64,000 nt of DNA from positions 806,001 to 870,000 of the forward strand of contig JAHDYR010000012.1 in assembly GCA_019828565.1 (NCBI GenBank), given 5' to 3'. Below are positions 57,334 through 64,000 of the stretch, piece after piece. Position numbers and translations under genes: made by a program. This DNA comes from Carpediemonas membranifera BICM. Its lineage: Eukaryota; Protista; Fornicata. Every line of letters begins with the position of its first letter. Positions within the stretch are counted from its first letter, which is position 1. Below the pieces are notes generated by a model. It was not told the DNA's origin and did no database searches. It saw nothing but the letters and a program-made list of their open reading frames with translations.

Positions 57334-60300
57334 TGACGCATCACCTGATTAAAACGAATTCTCGAATACCCGTCGTTTACGCCACAGTGATTAATCACTC
57401 CCTATGGCTGCGAAATTCGACGTAAGTTCCCTTCCACTGCTCAACTCCGCCGCGAAGGAATACAAGCGGGAACTTCCTCATGCAAGATTTCCTACATCGT
57501 TCCTCAGATGCCTAAGCATCAGCTCGCAGGAGTTCTTACGGGCCAATTGGAGACCCACCTCTGATTATAAGACCTTCGAGGACCTAGAAGACGATGTATG
57601 TCCCGATGCGGTAATCCGCAGCGCCATTAGGCGCGAGATGAAGCTCTCACTTCCCATCACGCCCCCAAGCACCTCCACGCCACCCCCCAAGCAGGCAGTA
57701 GCCCGTCTAACCGCCGCTCTCGAAGAAGACCTGTTTATGCTCGCTGAAGCGGCGGCCGCGGCCTTTCCTGAAGGCCCGATGGCCGCGGCTGCACAGCGCC
57801 GCGCAGAAGCCGTATTCACGGCTGCAGTAGCCGAGATCGACCACAACGCCCCGGTTTATGTGCCCCTCATCAACAAGTTCAACCCAGATGTCCCCTCCGC
57901 GACGACGAGTACGTCGCCGAGGTCAACGCAGCCCTGGCCCCACCCAAGCCGGCCGATGACGAGGCTGCCGCCACCAACAACTCCGACACGTCCAGTGACG
58001 AGTCCGACTGGGACGACGTCACCGACATTCGCGCCTACCTCCATGACGAGGCCGACGACATCGTAGCCGCCTGCTCCGTCACACTCATGCCGTCCCTGGA
58101 CGTCGGCGCGCGCATCAAGTCCATCAACCTTCCCGGTGCACTCTATGGCAAAGCATCCAAACATCGCTCAACTATTGCCGCTTTGCGCGAGTTCATCGAT
58201 CTCGTGAACACTGATGCTTCTGCTCCTGCACTGCAAGCCATTCCTTGGAAGGTTCTCGCCGCAAGAGTCAGAGAGCTTGCACTTAAGGGATTCTCCGCCG
58301 AAGCAAAGGACTATTTCGACTTCTACATCATAGATGATGCAGAGGACATCGATGACGTCCTTGATAACCTTAGGGACCTCAAAGAGGACCACGACGGTTA
58401 CATCGTCGTTCCTTGGAGAGCATTCCGCACCGGCCAGCCCCCGCAACCCCACGGTGAGCAAGCGACAGGCGGATCCCGCACACGCAAACCCATAGCCCGC
58501 AAGATCAGCGGCCCAGACCCGTATGTCCAGCTGAAAGACAAGGCGAACTACTACATCAACCCCACCTTCCGCCACTTCTGCGACTACCACGGATACAACT
58601 CGTCCCACGTCACTCAGGCGTGCCCTCATCTGAAGACACAGCGCAGTGCCGCCCCCCAACCATCGCGTCCTATTCAACCAGCTGTTGTGGGTGCCAAGCC
58701 CAAGAAGGCCCCTGGCCACCACAACAACCCTGACCGACCTGCAACAACGACCACCCAAGCGCCCAAACGCAACGCGAGAGCCCCTAACCCAGCGGCAGGC
58801 TGGACGCGAAACAAGGAGACGAACCGGCTCGAGCGCCTCAGCCAATCCATCAACGAGGTCGACATAGACGCCGAGTCCGACACCGATGAGTCAATCGACG
58901 AAGTCGACACGTCAGCGCAGCGCGAAAACATCGGTAAGCCGATCTACCACGACATCCTCGTCAACGGCACGAGACTGCGGGCGAAGCTCGACCCGGCAGC
59001 CGCCAAGACCTGTATCTCGGAGGCCACGTTCGCCACGCTGAAGGAGGCCGGCCCGGTAATGATCACAAATCATGCTTACACGCTGAAGATGGCCGACCAG
59101 CGACCTTGCGAGGACATCACCGCCGTCATAGCCGAGCTCGTTATCGACGGCATCGTACCAAACGCTGTCGAGCTGACGTGGACCGTACCAGTCATCTCCG
59201 GGGAGGCCCACAAGTTCCTGTTCGGGGCAGACCTCCTCCGGCACCTAGGCCTCATGTCGGACACGGGCATCAACATTCAGCTACCACCGTCAGCGGAGGA
59301 CCCCGCCGACGATGTCACACCGGCCCAGAATCAATACATCGACGAGGTTGACTCGGAGACTGACGACCAGCCGGACGACGTCTCGTCCTTCGCCACGCCA
59401 ACCTTCGACATTGACCCCTCGTTCCCTCTACACGACGAGCTACTCGCTGTGCTCCAGGCCAACGCCGACGTCTTCGACCCCAAGCTGCCTCTCGGCGGCG
59501 CCGACATCGCGGAAGCCACCATTGACCTGAAGCCGGACGCCATTCTGCCACAAGCCAACCCACGCGGCATCCGCGCCGACTGGCTTCCCGAGATCAAGCG
59601 ACAGCTCCATGAAATGTACGAAGCCCAGCTCATCCGCGACGCACACGGCCCAGTCTCTAGCCCGGCTGTGATTGTCCAGAAGAAGCCCGACGCGGACGGA
59701 CGCCGCCCACTACGACTTTGCGCAGACTACAGGGCCCTCAACGAGGCAACTGTGACTGACGCTTTCCCCATGACAGATACCCGCACGCTCATCCAGGACC
59801 TTGTCGGCAGCAAGTACTTCTTCGGTCTAGACCTTCGCCAAGGGTTTCACCAGATGCCATTGAAGGATGCCCACCGTTACCTGTCCGCGGTGCGGGTCCC
59901 GGGCGAGTTTTTCGAATATATGGTCGCCCCGTTTGGCCTAAAGAACCTCCCCGCACAATTCCAGCGGGCCATCGCCAACGTCCTGCGCCCGGTATACTCA
60001 GAGGGCGTCAGGAACTACATAGACGACATCTTTGCTGGCGCGCCATCGCCCGAGGTACTCGTCATGCGCACCCAGCGCACGCTCGCTCTACTCAGTGACA
60101 AGAACATCAGGCTGCGCGCCGAGAAGTGTCATTTTGGCTACCAGACTCTCGACTGTCTCGGCGAGATCGTCTCCGAACACGGTCGTCGCCCTCAGCCCTC
60201 ACGCATTGACACGATCAAGAGCCTCCCACGCCCGACGACCACGCACGAGGTACGTCAGATCCTCGGCCACATCAACTACGTGGCAGATTTTATCCCTGAC

Positions 60301-62267
60301 TGCCAGCGCATCCTAGCGCCCATCAATGGCCTCCTCCGCAAGGACGCCAAGGTCGTGTGGACTTCAGCACACCAAGAGGCTATCGCGGCTGTTCTGACAC
60401 AGCTCGCCTCTGAGGAGTCACTCGCCATACCAGACCTCTCCAAACCCTGGTGCCTCGAGACGGACGCTAGTCTCCTCGGCCTAGGCGGCATACTGCTACA
60501 ACAGCAAACGCCCACAGACTGGAGAGTCGTCGCCTACTTCTCCAAGGCGTTCTCGGACGTTCAACAAAGATGGAGCACCTACGACCAGGAGATGTATGCT
60601 CTGATATACTGTCTGACACGTCCTGACATGTACTCTCTCTTCCTGGGCCACCCCGATCTGACCGTGTTCACCGACCATAAGAATCTGATGGCACTCCACC
60701 GCATGGCCGCTCACAATCGGAAGCATCGCCGATGGCTACTGTCGTTCTTGGAGTTCAGACTCAAGATCCACCACGTCCCGGGCGAGTCCAACGTCACGGC
60801 CGACTTCTTAAGCCGTTTCCCTTTCCAGACCCGCCCCGCAGAGATCGCCGAGGTCACGGCTAACACGCTAGAGTCGAGAGTGCTCGCCTCTCAGAAGGAG
60901 CACGCTGACGAGAGACCCTCCAAGCACACCATCGTCAACGGTGTCGTCAAGTATCACGGTCGCACATTCGTACCCGCCGACGCGCGTCGCGACGTCCTAG
61001 CCGAGGCCCACCGGCTGCACTTGGGCGTCAAGAAGACCGCTCAGGCCGTGCGCGACTTGGGTTACGACTGGCCACAGCTCGAACACACCGTATCCGACCT
61101 GATCAATGCCTGTTTGATCTGTCAGAAGACCCGTCTGGCGAACTTCATCAAGCTGAAGATGGGCGCGACCCCGAGCAGCACACCATTCGAACGCGTAGCC
61201 GTCGACACGCTCGGCCCCATCTCAGAGGACTCGGCCGGCAACCGGTATGTCGTCGTGATTACTGACACATTCACGCACTTTACTGAGCTCGTGCCAGCCC
61301 CCTCGAACAATGCAGACGCGGCTGCCGCCGCTATCTGGGCGTCTATCTGCCGCCACGGCATCCCGGCCATCCTGCACACAGACGGAGGCCCGGAATACGC
61401 CAACCGTATCATCACCGCTCTAACCGAGCGCTTATCGGTCACACACCACCGGACCACGCCTTTCCATCCGCAGTCGAACGGTCACGTCGAACGCGTCAAT
61501 CGCGAAATCAAGCGCCACCTACGTACCCTAGCGCTGGCATTTAACTCCTTCGACGCATGGTCCACGACCCTACTGCCATATGTCGCGTGGATAATCAACA
61601 GCACGGTTCACAGCGCGACGGGGTTCACCCCGTTCGAGCTACTCTACGGCACACACGCTGCCGACCGGCAGATACCCCAGCCAGACAACAACGCCGAGGA
61701 CGAGACCCCGCTTACCTCTGTCGCCGAATACCTCACCGTCATGGACGCGCTCCTGGCCAAGCTCTGCCGCAAGGCTCACAAACGCCAGTCCAAGACTCGT
61801 GAGGGGGAGGGCAGAGACGCAGTCGGTTCCAGTCAAGCCCGGTGATTACGTCTTGCGCAAGAACCACGCTGAAAGCAAGCTCCACGGCCACACCGGACCG
61901 TTCAAGGTCATTGAGGTCAACCCGTTCACGGCAGTCGTCGTACCGCTCCTCGCCAACGAACCGCGACGCACAGTCCACCTGTCCCACCTCATTCCGCTCA
62001 AGTCCGACCTCTCTGAGGGCGAGCTCGCCTACTTCGCCGCTACAGACCAAGAGGAATGGTACGTTGAACGGATCGTCAAGTCCAAGCCCGGCTTCCTGCG
62101 CGTCAAGTGGCTCGGTAGCTCCGAGCTGTCCTGGGAGCCCATCGACGCCGTCCGCCACACTCCCGCCGCCAAGAAGTTCTTAGCCGCTCACCCCGAGCTG
62201 CTCAGGGAGGGCAGTGACGCATCACCTGATTAAAACGAATTCTCGAATACCCGTCGTTTACGCCACA
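57334..62267 (+). mobile_element. Complete Ty3/gypsy chromovirus 3 with identical 53-bp LTRs and a 4-bp TSD (AGAG)
   Basis: LTRs 57334-57386 and 62215-62267 (TG...CA); AGAG on both flanks; PPT AGGGAGGGCAG. Confidence 0.95.
57404..62233 (+). CDS. Gag-Pol-chromodomain polyprotein, apparent frameshifts near 57895 and 61805
   Basis: CDYHGYNSSHVTQAC knuckle, KLDPAA protease-like site, YIDD, ETDAS, HHCC/DDE integrase, GPFKV, WYVERI..VKWLG..SWEP; the stop codon lies inside the 3' LTR. Confidence 0.88.
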
Positions 62268-62396
62268 AGAGCAGTAAGAGACCGGGGCATACGAGCTGAT
62301 TACCGGTCCTGGACCGGTTGAGTGCCCCTTTGGGGGGTATTTTGACCAAGTCGGAAAGCTTCGAAATGGTTCAATGACGGTGGTGTAGTGCGGTAA

Positions 62397-64000
62397 TGTG
62401 GCTTAGAAACCGTTGTTGAGGGTGAAACGTCTTGATTAAATGACATTTGTTGTGTTTGTCTGCTTCTGGATGGTTCTTCAGCTCCAGAAATAAAGTGTTG
62501 TGTGAATGAGAATAAACGAGGGCCTTTGGGGCCGTTTCATGAGTGATTTGTGATTGTTTTGGCGGCTTTATGTACACTTACGCTTGCCAGCCTTTCTTTT
62601 TGATGTATCTGTTGATCTTTGGTGCCTCTGAGGGGTGGGACTTGAGATATGAGTCAAGGGCCTCGAGACGTGAGTTTGCGTTGTTGAGCGGGATGTCACT
62701 GTCCTCGGCCGTCTCGTAGCCGAGCCAGTGGACTCGCAGGTTGTAACCGCGGCTCGTCTTGATCACATCCACAATGCTTTCGACAATGTACTCGTCCTCG
62801 CCCTCGGCTTGGAGTTGGAGTAGCTCGGCGTCGCTGAGCGTGCCGCGTATGAATGGCTTCAGGCGATGAGTGGCGACTGTCATGGCGGCCTCAGGGTCAG
62901 ATAGGGCCTCAATCGTCGTGGTGTTCGAGACAGTGCCCGGGCCACGTACCTTGAAGGGGCCGCGGTAAGGCCGTTGGAGCTTGCTGAACTTGATTCGTTT
63001 GAGCAGGACGAGGGAGCCAGCCTGGGGTGCCCAGTGTCCCGTGGGTGCCTTGCGCTTGGCTGCTGTGGTGTATTGAGCGATGTTGTCGCGTACCGCACGC
63101 AGTATGCCCGTCAAATCCTCTCTTCTGGCCTCATAGTGCGTGTGTTCGAGGTGGGGAAAAGGATATTGAGTGGAGTGCGTCCCGTCGTCGATGATGCGGT
63201 GTTGTTGATGATGAGCTCGACTTGGGGAAGTAGATCAACCCAGTCGCCGTGGTTGAGCAGTGGTGTGAGGTGCTTGACGATCTCTGCGTTCATTCGCTCT
63301 ACTATGCCATTGGCTTGCGGCCTGTATGGAACTGAGAAGCGGTGGTTGAGCGTGAGCCTCTTCGTCAACTCGGCAACGAGCTTATTGTCATACTGCGGGC
63401 CGTGATCGGTCTGGATGGCGCTCGGAACGCCAAAACGGCCGCAGAATTGGTAAATGCTCTTCGCGGCACTCGCAGCATCCGTAGTGTGTGCCGGGAATAG
63501 TGAGACGTGCTTGCTGAAGCCGTCTACTGCTGCAATGATATATTTTGACCCGTCAGCCGACTCAGGAAGTGGGCCGAGTGTGTCAATAAAGACGACCTCG
63601 AACGGGTTGGCGGGCTGAGTGCTGTGGTATGGGACGTCCGTGTCGGCGCTGCGCCTCAGCTGACAGGTGGGGCACGCTTGGATGAACTTCTTTGCGTCTG
63701 ACTGCATCCCCGACCAGTTGTGTCCACCGGCGCGGATGGCCTGTACGGTCCGCCGGATGCCATGGTGACCGACAGCGTCGTTGTGCGCACCTTGCAGGAT
63801 GTGCTGGTGGCTGTCGTCGAGCGCGGAGACCTCTGCGTCGGTCTGAGGAAGGGCGCGGGAGAGAGTGTCCGCAACGACGTTCGACGCGCCCTCAATGTGG
63901 ACGATCGTGGGGTTGTAGTCGCTCAGGATCATCTTCCATCGCGCGATCTTCGCGTTCGAGGCTGACTTTCGGAACAGGTAAGTGAGGTTCCTGTGGTCCG
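62397..64000 (-). mobile_element. Ty3/gypsy chromovirus 4 (RNase H end, integrase, GPY/F, chromodomain), continues beyond the window; candidate 3' LTR 62397-62576
   Basis: DHRNL, HHCC, IDTLGP/TDHG/VER, YRGPFKV, YIVESI..VHWLGY; frameshift near 63115; TGTACATA follows the stop codon. Confidence 0.85.

Noticed and set aside
62302-62318. ACCGGTCC-T-GGACCGGT hairpin as a Helitron 3' end
   Set aside because: No CTRR terminus at the expected distance and no associated Rep/helicase

Overview
Eukaryotic (protist) chromosomal window with three zones. (1) 1-31.1 kb is gene-dense and GC3-rich, with tiny intergenic gaps and 28-34 nt spliceosomal introns whose branch site abuts the 3' splice site. This architecture suggests a metamonad, Carpediemonas-like flagellate (inference only). 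Genes include Rpn12-like, an IQ protein, an ARM/coiled-coil protein, PARN, EFCAB10-like, a TPR protein, a voltage-sensor-only protein, Pif1, two F-box-like/RCC1 proteins, a stand-alone GLEBS protein, Swi5, a CAP protein, CXorf65-like, glutaredoxin, NF-X1 and a nucleoside hydrolase. A lower-GC island (~25.6-30.3 kb) holds a KNOX/MEIS-like TALE homeobox gene duplicated as a 1.16-kb inverted repeat, next to a Cys-containing membrane protein with weak HAP2/fusexin-like features. (2) 32.4-43.3 kb is ~38 tandem copies of a 283-bp unit that is almost entirely self-complementary and contains a hammerhead-like motif (retrozyme-like or centromeric satellite). (3) 43.3-64 kb is a nested mobile-element cluster: four Ty3/gypsy elements (three with a chromodomain), a RAG1/Transib-like transposon with CAC-initiated TIRs, a degenerate tyrosine recombinase and a stand-alone chromodomain ORF. 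One Ty3 element is complete, with identical 53-bp LTRs. Two Ty3 elements carry a perfect palindrome instead of a tRNA primer-binding site. All protein calls are from motif recognition by eye; no database search or folding program was run.
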